A stretch of DNA of 64,000 bases from Verrucomicrobiaceae bacterium (GCA_051252135.1 JBPOGH010000004.1:96001-160000), one strand, 5' to 3'; positions 1-10,081 are shown, counted from the stretch's first letter. Notes: a model not told the origin generated them from the letters alone. Made by a program: numbers and translations.

Positions 1-455
1 AGGTCGAGGAGGCGGATGACGATCTGTTCGCGGGGCTTGAGGGTGGCGATGAGCCGATCGAGAAGTTCGCGCATGGTGGCGAGATTTTCCTCCCGATCAT
101 TGCTTTGACCGGCGAGGTTCTTTTCGATGATTTCAGCCTGGCTTTCGCCGAGGTCCGAGTAGCTGACGAGTGGGCGGGCCTTGTGGCGGCGGAGCCAATC
201 GTAGCAGGTGTTGATGGTGATGCGGGAGACCCAGTGGGTGAAGGGTTGTTTACCGACGAATTGGTCGAGCTTGAGGAAGATTTTGGTGAAGGATTCCTGG
301 GCGAGGTCTTCGTGGTCGGCCTGGCTGCGGACCTGGTTGCGGATGATTTTGTAGATTTGGGGATTGAGAATTTCCACGAGCTCGCGCCAAGCTTCTTCCT
401 CTCCAATGCGGACGCGGTGGAGAAGATCGGGGGTGACAGAGGGTGGATCGGACAT
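1..455 (-). CDS. ECF (sigma-70 family) RNA polymerase sigma factor, 3' end outside window
   Basis: Hand translation from ATG at 455, not in the ORF track: MSDPPSVTPDLLHRVRIGEEEAWRELVEILNPQIYKIIRNQVRSQADHEDLAQESFTKIFLKLDQFVGKQPFTHWVSRITINTCYDWLRR...TLKPREQIVIRLLD. Region 2 motifs (EDLAQE, F..W..RI..N...D..R) and the start of region 4 (L.PRE). Confidence 0.85.
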   Translation of the reverse strand, partial: MSDPPSVTPDLLHRVRIGEEEAWRELVEILNPQIYKIIRNQVRSQADHEDLAQESFTKIFLKLDQFVGKQPFTHWVSRITINTCYDWLRRHKARPLVSYSDLGESQAEIIEKNLAGQSNDREENLATMRELLDRLIATLKPREQIVIRLLD

Positions 456-577
456 GGATTCCGTGGACAGGGTGATGGTTCATGTTTGGGAAGAAGAGGG
501 AAGGGTGAATTGATTTCGGGTTGCAAAATGCTGCAATTCTGTTAGTTACATCGTCGGTTAACCCCCAAAAAAATAAT

Positions 578-985
578 ATGTTAGAAGAATTCAAGAAATT
601 CGCCTTCAAAGGCAATCTGGTTGATATGGCCGTTGGTATCATCATCGGTGGTGCGTTTGGCACGGTGGTGAAATCCCTGGTCGACAATGTGTTCATGCCG
701 GTTCTCGGTAAGATTACGGGAGGGATCAACTTCTCGGATATGTACATCAACCTGGCCGGCGATAATGATCTTCCCTTCGCGGAAGCGAAAGAGGCCGGGC
801 TTCCGGTGATCGGATACGGGCAGTTTGTGCAGGATTTTCTTTCGTTCATCATTCTGGCCTTTGCCGTCTTCATTGTGGTGAAGAAGGTGGTGGCGGGAAT
901 GAAGAAAGAAGAGGCGGCAGCGCCACCTGCGCCACCCAAGCAGGAAGTCCTGTTGGAAGAGATTCGCGATCTTTTGAAGAAGTAA
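578..985 (+). CDS. mscL: Large-conductance mechanosensitive channel MscL
   Basis: MLEEFKKFAFKGNLVDMAVGIIIGGAFG N-terminus and LLEEIRDLLKK C-terminus are MscL signatures. Start moved from 521 to ATG 578. Confidence 0.97.
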   Translation: MLEEFKKFAFKGNLVDMAVGIIIGGAFGTVVKSLVDNVFMPVLGKITGGINFSDMYINLAGDNDLPFAEAKEAGLPVIGYGQFVQDFLSFIILAFAVFIVVKKVVAGMKKEEAAAPPAPPKQEVLLEEIRDLLKK

Positions 986-1005
986 GCGTAAGCGATTCAA
1001 ATTTG

Positions 1006-1039
1006 AAGAGGACGCCCTCCGGGGCGGCCTCTTTTTTTT
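1006..1039 (+). terminator. Rho-independent terminator after mscL
   Basis: GAGGACGCCC-TCCG-GGGCGGCCTC hairpin followed by T8. Confidence 0.85.
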
Positions 1040-1075
1040 GCTCGTCATCCGGATGTGGCTTCGGGAGGTTTGGGG

Positions 1076-1486
1076 ATGGAGAAGCCGAGGCTGACGACGG
1101 AGGAAGAGGTGATGTTTTTCGATACGGATTGTGGCGGGGTGGTTCACAATATTGCGTATTTGCGGATGATTGAGACGTGCCGGACGAGGTTGGCGGCGTT
1201 GATGGGGATGGATTTGGCGGAGATGGCGAAGACGCAGCTTTTTCCGGTGGTGGTGCGGACGGAGATTGATTACCGGAGTCCGGCGAAACTGGGGGATCAT
1301 TTGGAGATACACGGGGAGCTTGCGGAGATTGAGCGGGCCCGGTTTTGGTGTGAATTCAGGATGGTGAGGAAGGGGGAGGATCGTCCGTTGGTGACGTGTC
1401 GTCAGGCTCTGGCGATGGTGCAGATGCCGGCCGGCCGTCCGCAGCGACTGCCGCAGGAATGGAAAGAGCGGTGGGGCACTGATTAA
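1076..1486 (+). CDS. Acyl-CoA thioesterase, YbgC/FadM (hot-dog fold) family
   Basis: FFDTDCGGVVHNIAYLRMIE..R and EIDYRSPA motifs. Confidence 0.85.
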   Translation: MEKPRLTTEEEVMFFDTDCGGVVHNIAYLRMIETCRTRLAALMGMDLAEMAKTQLFPVVVRTEIDYRSPAKLGDHLEIHGELAEIERARFWCEFRMVRKGEDRPLVTCRQALAMVQMPAGRPQRLPQEWKERWGTD

Positions 1487-1528
1487 GGCTTTTCGTAGCC
1501 TCCGGATGGGCTTAGGACGGTAGTCGTC

Positions 1529-3061
1529 ATGGCGCATCAACCGACAGTTTTAATTATTCGCGACGGCTGGGGAGTGAATCCCGGCGGAAAAGCAACGGCA
1601 GAAAAGGACGGCAATGCCGTGGAGCTGGCGAATACTCCGTTTCATTATGAGATGGAGGAGAAGTATCCGAAGGGGCTGGTGTCAGCTTCGGGGCTTGATG
1701 TGGGTTTGCCCGAGGGGCAGATGGGGAACTCGGAGGTGGGGCACTTGAATTTGGGTGCGGGGCGGATTGTTTATCAGGATTTGACGCGGATCAACAAGGC
1801 GATCGAAGAGGGGACGCTGAGTGAGATGGAGAATCTGAAGAAGGCTTTTGCGAAGGCGAAGGGGAAGCGGCTGCATTTCATCGGGCTGCTATCCGATGGT
1901 GGGGTGCACAGTCATCAGGATCATTTGGTGGCTTTGGCGAAGGCGGCGCGAGAGAGCGGGGTGGAGGATATGATGGTGCATGCGATCACGGATGGTCGGG
2001 ATACGTCGCCGACGGGTGGGCGTGGTTATTTGAGCCAGGTGGAGGATGAGCTGGCGAAGTCGAACGCGCGGATTGCGACGGTGATTGGCCGTTATTATGC
2101 GATGGACCGGGATAAGCGTTGGGAGCGGACGAAGCTGGCGTGGGATGCGATTGTTTTTGGAAAGGGAGAGAAGCACGATTTGCTGGCGAGTGATGCGGTG
2201 GCGGCGCAATACGCGCAGGAAAAAACGGATGAGTTTCTTCCGCCGCTGATTTTCTTCAGCCACGAGCAACGCCGGGTGCGTGATGAGGATGTCATCATTT
2301 TCTTCAACTTCCGTGCGGATCGGGCGCGTCAACTTTGTGAGGCTTTTTTGAATGATGACTTCGATGGATTTGATCGCGGGGATCGTCCGAAGGTGGAGTT
2401 TCTGACTCTCACGGAGTACGATGAGACTTACACCTGCCCGGTGGTTTTCCCGCCGGAGACTTTGGACATGGTGTTGGGAGAGGTGGTTTCGAAGGCGGGG
2501 AAGAAGCAGCTGCGAATTGCGGAGACCGAGAAGTATCCTCACGTTTCGTACTTCTTCAACGGGGGACTGGAGAAGAGCTATGAGGGGGAGGACCGGAAGG
2601 TGATTCCGTCACCGAAGGATGTGGCGACGTATGATCTGAAGCCGGAGATGAGTTCCGAGGAGGTGGAGGAGTATGTGGTGAGTCATTTGAAGGATTACGA
2701 TTTGGTGATCATCAACTTTGCGAATCCCGATATGGTGGGGCACACGGGGGTGGTGGAGGCTGCGGTGAAGGCGGTGGAGCGAATCGATGAAGCGGTGAAG
2801 GCGGTGACCGAGGAGACTCTTCGTTTGGGCGGGAAACTTCTGATCACGGCGGATCACGGGAACTGTGAGTTTATGCGCAATGCCGACGGGTCCCCGCATA
2901 CGGCACACACGACCAATTTGGTGCACTGCTGGTATGTTTCCGATGAAGGGAAGAGCCGGAAGGTGAAGGACGGAATCCTTGCGGATATTGCGCCGACTCT
3001 TTTGGATATGATGGGGATTCCTGCGCCGAAAGAGATGACGGGCAAGAGTCTTTTGAGCTAG
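1529..3061 (+). CDS. gpmI: 2,3-bisphosphoglycerate-independent phosphoglycerate mutase
   Basis: GLPEGQMGNSEVGH, DGGVHSH, DGRDT, GRYYAMDRD, AETEKYPHV, NPDMVGHTG, TADHGN. Confidence 0.98.
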   Translation: MAHQPTVLIIRDGWGVNPGGKATAEKDGNAVELANTPFHYEMEEKYPKGLVSASGLDVGLPEGQMGNSEVGHLNLGAGRIVYQDLTRINKAIEEGTLSEMENLKKAFAKAKGKRLHFIGLLSDGGVHSHQDHLVALAKAARESGVEDMMVHAITDGRDTSPTGGRGYLSQVEDELAKSNARIATVIGRYYAMDRDKRWERTKLAWDAIVFGKGEKHDLLASDAVAAQYAQEKTDEFLPPLIFFSHEQRRVRDEDVIIFFNFRADRARQLCEAFLNDDFDGFDRGDRPKVEFLTLTEYDETYTCPVVFPPETLDMVLGEVVSKAGKKQLRIAETEKYPHVSYFFNGGLEKSYEGEDRKVIPSPKDVATYDLKPEMSSEEVEEYVVSHLKDYDLVIINFANPDMVGHTGVVEAAVKAVERIDEAVKAVTEETLRLGGKLLITADHGNCEFMRNADGSPHTAHTTNLVHCWYVSDEGKSRKVKDGILADIAPTLLDMMGIPAPKEMTGKSLLS

Positions 3062-3162
3062 GGAAGCTTCGCTCTCGCGCCTTGCCAGACTTCAATATTA
3101 CTTGGAGCAGCGAACGACACCTTTCATCGGCGCATCCCCAGAGGGTGCGGGAGTGGAAGCCG

Positions 3163-3190
3163 CCGGACCTTTCGGAGATGGGTCCCAGCC
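3163..3190 (-). repeat. REP-like palindrome (degenerate GTAG type) between convergent gpmI and galK
   Basis: Minus strand GGCTG-GGACC-CATCTCCGAAA-GGTCC-G: a short 5' tail followed by a GGACC/GGTCC stem. Confidence 0.4.
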
Positions 3191-4360
3191 TTAGAGTGCG
3201 ACGAGGTGGGCGCCCTTGGCGGGGCGGGTGGCGAAGATGACGGGGGTGATGCCGGTCTTGGCGAGGTATTGCTCGTGGAGGACTTTACCGACTTCTTCGG
3301 CGTGCTTGGTTTCGCAGAGGGTGACGGTGGAGCCACCGAATCCGCCGCCGGTCATGCGGGCGCCGAGGACGCCGGGGAGGGAGTCTGCGATTTGGACCAT
3401 GAGGTCGAGTTCTTCGCAGGAGACCTCAAAGTCGTCACGGAGTGAGTTGTGGGAGTCGGCCATGAGGGTGCCGATGTTTGAGAAGTCGCCGGATTTGAAG
3501 GCGGTGACGGCATCCATGGTGCGTTGGATTTCTCCGACGACGTGGCGGGAGCGACGGAAGATGACGTCGCCCATTTCAGTCTGATGTGCGAGGACGTCTT
3601 CAGCGGAGGCGTCGCGCCAGCTGGGTTTGCCGATGATGGCGATGCCGTCCTCGGTGTTCTTCCGGCGTGAAGCGTAGCCGCCATCCGAGAGGTCGTGTGA
3701 GACGCAGGTGTTGGCGACGATGATGGAGAGGTCGGGGTTGGAGAAGGGGACCATTTCCGGTTCGCCGGAGCGGCAGTCGATGAGGATGAGTTGGTCTTTT
3801 TCGCCGAAGGCGGAGGCGAATTGGTCCATGATGCCGCAGGGGACGCCGGCGAAGTCGTGCTCGGCCTTTTGGGCGAGGAGGGCTTTTTCCCGGATGCCGA
3901 GGGTGATGCCGAGAAGGCCTTCAAGGAGGGTGGCCATGGCGCACTCGAGGGCGGCGGAGGAGGAGAGGCCGCCGCCGAGAGGGACGGAGGAGACGATGCA
4001 CCCGTCGAAGCCGGGAATGTCATGGCCGAGGTCATTGAAGCCTTTGATAACGCCTTTTAGGTAGTTGGACCATTTGGGGTCGCCGGTGATCTGGGGCGCG
4101 CTGAGATTGATTTGAATTTCCGGTTGGTTTTCGGAGGTGAGGCGGGCGTGATCAAGGCCATTGGGGGCGGCGGCGATGACGATGTAGCGTTCGATGGCGA
4201 GGGGGAGGACGAAGCCATCGCAGTAATCAATGTGTTCACCGATGAGGTTGACCCGGCCGGGGGCAGCGGCGACGACGGTGGCTTGGGCGTGGTAGTGGTC
4301 GCTCAGGCATTTGGATGCGTCGGCTACGAGATCGGTAAGTGGTCGGTTGGTCTGAAGCAT
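3191..4360 (-). CDS. galK: Galactokinase
   Basis: APGRVNLIGEHIDY, P.GGGLSSSAA, CGIMDQ, GARMTGGGFGG (GHMP kinase, GalK type). Confidence 0.96.
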   Translation of the reverse strand: MLQTNRPLTDLVADASKCLSDHYHAQATVVAAAPGRVNLIGEHIDYCDGFVLPLAIERYIVIAAAPNGLDHARLTSENQPEIQINLSAPQITGDPKWSNYLKGVIKGFNDLGHDIPGFDGCIVSSVPLGGGLSSSAALECAMATLLEGLLGITLGIREKALLAQKAEHDFAGVPCGIMDQFASAFGEKDQLILIDCRSGEPEMVPFSNPDLSIIVANTCVSHDLSDGGYASRRKNTEDGIAIIGKPSWRDASAEDVLAHQTEMGDVIFRRSRHVVGEIQRTMDAVTAFKSGDFSNIGTLMADSHNSLRDDFEVSCEELDLMVQIADSLPGVLGARMTGGGFGGSTVTLCETKHAEEVGKVLHEQYLAKTGITPVIFATRPAKGAHLVAL

Positions 4361-4437
4361 GGATTGATCGTTGCAGGGAAAATGTAGGGGAAGGGTGGAA
4401 TTTGGAAAAGAAAAAGCCTTTTCGGTATTATCAGGGC

Positions 4438-4473
4438 AAAAAAAGAGCTCCCGGCCGGTGAGGCGGGGAGCTT
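4438..4473 (-). terminator. Rho-independent terminator after DUF1080 gene
   Basis: Minus strand AGCTCCCCGCC-TCACC-GGCCGGGAGCT followed by a T7 run. Confidence 0.75.
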
Positions 4474-4495
4474 GTTAGAAAGGGGGGGTGAAGGT

Positions 4496-5215
4496 TTACT
4501 TCAGTTCCTTGACGTAGATGTTGCGCCAGCGGACGTCACATTTTGGGCCGCCGTGGACCTGGAGGCCGAAGAAGCCTTCGGGGGTGAAGTTCTTGGGGTC
4601 GGTGTCTTTAAAGTCGATGCGTTGTTCGCCATTGAGCCAGGTCTGGAGGTGGTTACCGACGCATTTGATGGTGATTTGGTTCCAGTCGTCCATTTTGGTG
4701 ACTTTGAGGCCTTGCTTGGTGAATTGTGCCATGTGCTCTTCGTTGCTCTTTTTGGGGAAGAGCCAGCCGCGGCGGGCTTCATCGTAGAGTCCGGCGGTCC
4801 ATGCGCGCGGGGTGTTGTCGCCTTCACACTGGTAGCCGTTGACGCGACCTTTTTCATTTACGAGGCCACGGAACATGCAGCCGGAGTTTCCCTTGAGGTT
4901 ATCGAACTTGAACTGGAAAGTGTAGATGAAGTCTCCGTAGGTTTTCTCGGTGCAGAGGAAGGAGTTCCCTTTGAGATTGGTGGCGGAGCCGATGACTTCG
5001 CCCTTTTCGACGGTGAAGTTTGCTTTGCTGCCCTTGATGGACCAGCCGTCGAGGGTGTTTCCCTTGATGAGAGCGGTGAAGCCATCCTTGGTGAGGGCTT
5101 CGGGGGAGAAGTCGGCAATGGGATTGGGGACGGGCTTATGGTCGGGAACCTGGCCGAAGAGGGGAGAGGTGAGCGCGAGGGCTGCAAGGATGATCTGCTT
5201 CATGAGTTGCGACAT
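4496..5215 (-). CDS. Secreted DUF1080 / 3-keto-disaccharide hydrolase family protein
   Basis: Signal peptide; G.TLDGW, L.TEK.YGDF, GNSG, GYQ.E, TAGLYDEARRGW, DWN...I.C.G..L.TWLNG, GFFGLQVHG...VRWRNI..KEL. Confidence 0.9.
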   Translation of the reverse strand: MSQLMKQIILAALALTSPLFGQVPDHKPVPNPIADFSPEALTKDGFTALIKGNTLDGWSIKGSKANFTVEKGEVIGSATNLKGNSFLCTEKTYGDFIYTFQFKFDNLKGNSGCMFRGLVNEKGRVNGYQCEGDNTPRAWTAGLYDEARRGWLFPKKSNEEHMAQFTKQGLKVTKMDDWNQITIKCVGNHLQTWLNGEQRIDFKDTDPKNFTPEGFFGLQVHGGPKCDVRWRNIYVKELK

Positions 5216-5256
5216 CCTTTTTAGACTGGGGAATTTGTCAATCTATTCGATTGGGG

Positions 5257-8200
5257 TCAGGGTTGGGGGGAGAATTTGAGGCGGTAGAATTTGTGTTGCC
5301 GGGCGGAGAAGGGAATGTCGACGCGGTAGGTTTCAGAGCGGGACTGATCGGGGTTGAGGATGGCGGGGAGGATGGTGACGTCTGTTGGATTGACCGGGGT
5401 CCAGGTGGAGAGGTTGTCAGAGGTCTCGACGATGGTGATGACGGGGAGGTCGAAGGGGGAGCGCTGGAAGTGGAGGGTGGGGTATTGTTCTTCGCCGATT
5501 TGGGTTACGGAGGAGAAAGGGTAGGTGACGCTGCTGTTTGCGAGGGGGGAGGAGCCAAAGATGAACTCGTGGTAGTTGGTGAGTCCGTCGCGGTCGGGGT
5601 CGGCATCATAGGCACCTGCGGCGGTGATTTGGGCGGGGGTGAAGTTGTGTTCGGTCCAGGCGGCGTAGTCGAAGACGAGGGGTTGGTTGTTGAGGTAGCC
5701 GCCGAAGTGGGTGGAGCAGGTCCAGTTTGAAGGGGTTGCGTGGTCCGGGTTGGAGTTGGGATTAAGGAGGATGAGGGAGTGGCCGGGGCCATCGGCGCAG
5801 ACGGGCCAGGGGGCATCGTCGAGGTAGGTGAAGTTCCGGATGGTGAGGGGAGAGGCTCCGCCACGGGAGAGGGTGATGGTTTCCATGCTGTTGGAGAGGG
5901 TGCCGGAGTATTCTCCGATGAGGGCGAGGCGGTTGCCGTAGCGGAGGCTGAAGGCGGCGGAATTTGAGGCGAGGATGATGCGTTCGCCGGGGGCGAGTTC
6001 GGTTTTTGAGCTGGTGGAGAAATCGAAGTTCATGGCGCCGCTGAAGATGAGTTCGTCGAGGGCGATGACGTTGGTGGGGGAGGTGTTGAGGAGTTCGATG
6101 AACTCGAAGTCATCCTGATCGTTGAAGCCGGCGGCGAGTTCGGCTGCGGTGGGTGCGGGCGGGTGGTAGAGGAACTCGGAGATGACGAGATTGGAGGGTG
6201 AGGGGTCGGTGAGTTCGACGGAGAAAGTGGCTTCGGTGAGAGCGCTCCAGGTGCTGCCGTTTCGGGCGCGGGATTTTACGGTGATGGTGCCTTGGGTGAG
6301 GGTGGCGGGGGAGGAGTAGGATTGGGCGGTGGTGGCGACGTTTCCTCCGAGTTGGCGCGGGTCGGAACCATCGAGGGTGAAGTAGATGGTGCCGCCATTT
6401 GGCGAGGTCATGGAGAGAGAGTAGTTCATGGGGGCGTCGCCACCGTGTTGGCTGAAGTTGACGGGGGCGACGGAGGGCCAGAGGTTGTTGTCGGCGAAGT
6501 CGGTGCGGGAAGGTCCGAAGAGGTAGCGGCGGCGACCGGAGGATGAGGAGGTCCAGTTGGAGAGGAAGTTGAGGTTGACGTTGCCGCCGTGGACGAAGTT
6601 GTAGAGGGGTTGGAATTCGTCGCGGACCTGGAGGGTGGTTTGCCCGAAGGTGGAGTTGTTTCCGAGGCGGTCATCGAGGACGCCGTTGTTGAAGAGATGT
6701 TTGTTGACGCGGTCGGCGAAGATGAGGCGCCATTCGGGAGCTTTGATGAGGCGTTGGAAGAGTTGGGAGAGGGTGTCGTTTTTGGAGAGGAGGTCGGAGG
6801 AGAAGGTGTTGTGATTGACGGGGTTGAAGTATCCTTGGCCCTGGTAGGAGCCTTCGGCATCCCAGACGTAGAGGCGGTATTTTCCTTCAGGGGTGCGCTC
6901 GCGAGCGCCGACCCAGTTGTTTTGAGGCCAATCCCAGGTGGCTCCGTAGATGTTGAGGAGGAAGTAGTCGGCCATGTTGACGGGGTCGAGGTAGGCGAGG
7001 GCGTCCTCCCAGTCGCTTTGGCTGAGGTCGCTATTTCCGTTGCGGTTGAGGATGCCCATCATGGTGTTCCAGGCGGAGATGTCTCCATTGGCGTAATCGT
7101 TCACCTGGCGGACGTCCCATTTTTCATTGCTGTTGTGATGGGTCTGCATGAAGGGTTCGCGGAGGCGTTCGCACATGTTGTAGAAGCCCTTGAAGGAGCC
7201 GTTGATGTAGAGGGAATTGATGATTCCGACGGAGCTCTCCTGGCCCATTTGATCGAAGAGGCGGCGAACGACCTCATCGACGATGAAGGGGTTGGAGATA
7301 TCGTTTTTTCCGGCACGGATGCGGAGCTGCTCGAATTTGGTGGCGGGGTATTGTTGGCCGAGAAAGGGGTAGTCGAGTGAGGCGGGGCCGTAGTCGTCCC
7401 GGAAGTAGAGGTTGAAGGAGGGTTTGTGCTCGGGGGCGGAAGTCCAGGGTGAGGCCGAGGTGTTATTCAGGATGAGGCGTGGGCGGGAGTAGCCGGAGGA
7501 GGAGAGGCGGACTCCGGCATCTTCACGGAAGCCGGGGGTGGCGTCGTTGTGGTAGAACTCGAGGCGGAGCGGGCGTTCGTATTGTTGGCCGCGCATGAGG
7601 GGGATGTTGTAGGAGGAGGGGCCGTTTTCCTGCCATTGGGAGTTGCTGTAGGTTCCGCCCTCGATGGCCATGATGCCGTGGGGTTTGAAGAAGATTTCAC
7701 CTTCCTCTCCGCTGAAGATGAGGGCGGGCGCGGCCTTGAGCCGGGAGTCCTGGCCGATGAGGTAGGTGTGGGTTTTTGATTTGGAGGTGATGAGGCCGGG
7801 CTTGAAGGCACGGGCACGGATGACGTGGCCGGTGTTGTTGTTGATGGTGGTGAGACTGAGGGGGGCAGTGTAGATGATGCCGTTGGTTTCGGTTGGTTCC
7901 GAGCCGTCCTGAGTGTAGCGGATGGTGGCTCCGGGGGTGTTGGAGGTGAGGGTGAGGGTTTGGGTGGAATCGTAGAAGCCGCCGAGGGGGGAGAAGTCCG
8001 GGGCATCGACGCGGTCACTGAGGACGGCTCCGGTATTTTCGTGACCTGGAGTGGGGGTGTCGAAGTAGGCCCAGGTTGAAGAGTTGGGGTCCCAGCCGAA
8101 GGAGTGGGTGGGGTATTGGGAGGGGAAGCCACCGGGGATGGAGACAGTGTTAAACGAGCTATCGGTGAGGATGATTTCTTCACCGGAGGCGGAGAGATTG

Positions 8201-9678
8201 AAGCCGGCGTGGATGGTGTTGCCAGGGCTGTTGAGCTCTTCCTGGTCGTCGGCGAGGATGAGGAGGTATCCTCCGGCGGGGATGGTGGTGCCGGTGGGGA
8301 AGGTCCATTTATCGGGGGCAGCGGAGTCATCGCTGAGCTTCCAGTCGGTGAGGTCAACAGAGGTGGAGCCGATGTTGTGGAGCTCGATCCAATCGGAGAA
8401 GGCGAGTTCTCCTTCGACAGCTGTTGCGCCTCCTCCGGCGGGCTCGGAGGATCCGATGTGGTAGGAGTAGGTGGCGTTTGAGGGAACGAGGGTGGAGGTT
8501 CCATCGCCAAGTTCCATGTAGAGGATGAGGTCGGAGGAGCTGAGGCCGGAGTTGTGGAGCTGTCCGGCGAGGATGTTTTCTCCGACGCGGAGGGCTGAGG
8601 CATCGATGGTGATGGTGGGGGCGGCGAAGGTTCCTCCGCCATCGGTGGTGGCATTGTGGCCACCCTCGGATCCCGAGTCGAAGGGGTAGGGGGTGCCGGG
8701 TGCGCCCATGTTGCCACGGCTGACTTCCTGACCATTGAGGTAGGCGATGTAGCCGTCGTCATAGTCGACTGTGAATTCCAGTTGGGTGATGGCGGCCAGT
8801 TGGGAAGCGGTGAGGTTGAACGAGGTCCTCATATAGACAGACCAGTAGTTGTTTCTCATTCCGGAGAGGTTTGTGCCGAGGGCGTATTGGCCGGAGGAGC
8901 TTGTTTCGTAGCCGATGGGTCCGGGGCCGGCGGCCCATGAGGAGTCGTCGTATTCCGGAGTTCCCCATGGGGCGGTGAGGCTGGCACCGGCCCCTGCGAG
9001 GCTGTAGTCGAACACGCCTCCGGAGGGAGAAATGATGCCGGGGAACCAGGCGCAGGAGTCGCCAGAATTGACGTAGGTGGTGGAGCTGGTGCGGAGGGTG
9101 GCTTTGGCTTTGAGGGTGCCGGAGGAGACCTGATCGTTATGGATCTCGATGGCGAGGACGTTGGTTCCGGTTTGAAGGAATTGGTTGGCTACTCCGATGG
9201 AGATGGTGGTGCCGGTTCCGTTGGCGGAATTGGAGTTGTAGGAGACCTGGTCATGGTAATGAGGGGATCCGGGGGCGGCGGCGTCCATGCGGGCGATCTC
9301 TTTTCCGTTGAGGTAGGCGATGAAGGAATCATCGTAGTCCATGGTGAGCTCGAGGGTCTGTCCGGAAGAGGCTTGGCCGCCGGTGAGAGTGAACTCGTGA
9401 CGGAGATAGAGGGTGGGGGTGATATTTTGAACGGCACTCTGGACGTTGGTGGCGATATCGCCGTAGCCGAAACCGATGGGGGTGGTGCCGGTGTTCCAGT
9501 TTGAGTCATTGAATTCGGCTTCCCACCATTGGATGCCACCGCCAAGACGGGCCACTCCTTGGGCGTCGCGGGTAAAAATACGGTCGTTGGTGTTAGAGTA
9601 GAGCTCGCTGATGATGACCTGTCCGAAGACGGGAGGGGTCAAGAAAAGGCAGAGGAGTGTGAGGAGGGGAGATTTCAT
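5257..9678 (-). CDS. Large secreted protein with CotH-kinase domain, lamin-tail domains and chitobiase/Fn3-like linker domains
   Basis: Signal peptide; lamin-tail motifs (DWIELHN.G..VDL..WKLSD; LVISEFLYHP...DFEFIEL.N); IRYT.DGSEP and IYFTLDGSDP; CotH motifs (G.YNMCER, DWPQNNW, WDAE). Confidence 0.85.
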   Translation of the reverse strand: MKSPLLTLLCLFLTPPVFGQVIISELYSNTNDRIFTRDAQGVARLGGGIQWWEAEFNDSNWNTGTTPIGFGYGDIATNVQSAVQNITPTLYLRHEFTLTGGQASSGQTLELTMDYDDSFIAYLNGKEIARMDAAAPGSPHYHDQVSYNSNSANGTGTTISIGVANQFLQTGTNVLAIEIHNDQVSSGTLKAKATLRTSSTTYVNSGDSCAWFPGIISPSGGVFDYSLAGAGASLTAPWGTPEYDDSSWAAGPGPIGYETSSSGQYALGTNLSGMRNNYWSVYMRTSFNLTASQLAAITQLEFTVDYDDGYIAYLNGQEVSRGNMGAPGTPYPFDSGSEGGHNATTDGGGTFAAPTITIDASALRVGENILAGQLHNSGLSSSDLILYMELGDGTSTLVPSNATYSYHIGSSEPAGGGATAVEGELAFSDWIELHNIGSTSVDLTDWKLSDDSAAPDKWTFPTGTTIPAGGYLLILADDQEELNSPGNTIHAGFNLSASGEEIILTDSSFNTVSIPGGFPSQYPTHSFGWDPNSSTWAYFDTPTPGHENTGAVLSDRVDAPDFSPLGGFYDSTQTLTLTSNTPGATIRYTQDGSEPTETNGIIYTAPLSLTTINNNTGHVIRARAFKPGLITSKSKTHTYLIGQDSRLKAAPALIFSGEEGEIFFKPHGIMAIEGGTYSNSQWQENGPSSYNIPLMRGQQYERPLRLEFYHNDATPGFREDAGVRLSSSGYSRPRLILNNTSASPWTSAPEHKPSFNLYFRDDYGPASLDYPFLGQQYPATKFEQLRIRAGKNDISNPFIVDEVVRRLFDQMGQESSVGIINSLYINGSFKGFYNMCERLREPFMQTHHNSNEKWDVRQVNDYANGDISAWNTMMGILNRNGNSDLSQSDWEDALAYLDPVNMADYFLLNIYGATWDWPQNNWVGARERTPEGKYRLYVWDAEGSYQGQGYFNPVNHNTFSSDLLSKNDTLSQLFQRLIKAPEWRLIFADRVNKHLFNNGVLDDRLGNNSTFGQTTLQVRDEFQPLYNFVHGGNVNLNFLSNWTSSSSGRRRYLFGPSRTDFADNNLWPSVAPVNFSQHGGDAPMNYSLSMTSPNGGTIYFTLDGSDPRQLGGNVATTAQSYSSPATLTQGTITVKSRARNGSTWSALTEATFSVELTDPSPSNLVISEFLYHPPAPTAAELAAGFNDQDDFEFIELLNTSPTNVIALDELIFSGAMNFDFSTSSKTELAPGERIILASNSAAFSLRYGNRLALIGEYSGTLSNSMETITLSRGGASPLTIRNFTYLDDAPWPVCADGPGHSLILLNPNSNPDHATPSNWTCSTHFGGYLNNQPLVFDYAAWTEHNFTPAQITAAGAYDADPDRDGLTNYHEFIFGSSPLANSSVTYPFSSVTQIGEEQYPTLHFQRSPFDLPVITIVETSDNLSTWTPVNPTDVTILPAILNPDQSRSETYRVDIPFSARQHKFYRLKFSPQP

Positions 9679-10056
9679 GGGGGAAAAGACCCTGTAGACC
9701 GAGCAGGTCGGCAGGGTGTTAAAGGGGTGGGGGGTCTTAGAGGTAATTAAGAGGCAACGCGATAGAAAATCTGCGGGGCTTCCCAGGGGGACGGGTGGAT
9801 GATTTGGAGGCTCTTAGGGGAAATCCTCATTTTGTTGGGATCCCACTTGGTTGCCGGAACAGGAAAAAACCATGGACAAGAGGGAGATCGTATTTGTGGT
9901 CAATTGATGAGAGTCAACTGGCTTAAATCATCAAAATGACATCAAAGAACATGAGCCTTGATATTTTGGACTTCTTAAGTAAACTGGGCAATCTTTTGAT
10001 GTTTACGGACATTTGTCATTTCGTTCCGTGTACTCTGAGCTTTAAAAATGGACCTC

Positions 10057-10081
10057 GGGAGTCCTCTGGTGTACTTTGGTG
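10057..10081 (+). promoter_or_regulatory. Putative MraZ operator (three direct repeats with 10-nt period)
   Basis: GGGAG-tcctc-TGGTG-tactt-TGGTG directly upstream of mraZ. MraZ proteins are known to bind TGGG/GTGG-type repeats with a 10-nt period. Confidence 0.55.

Noticed and set aside
3178..3200. HDV-like ribozyme suggested by GGTCCCAGCCT
   Set aside because: Only a short match; the rest would lie inside galK and I could not build the nested double pseudoknot. A REP-like hairpin explains the sequence.
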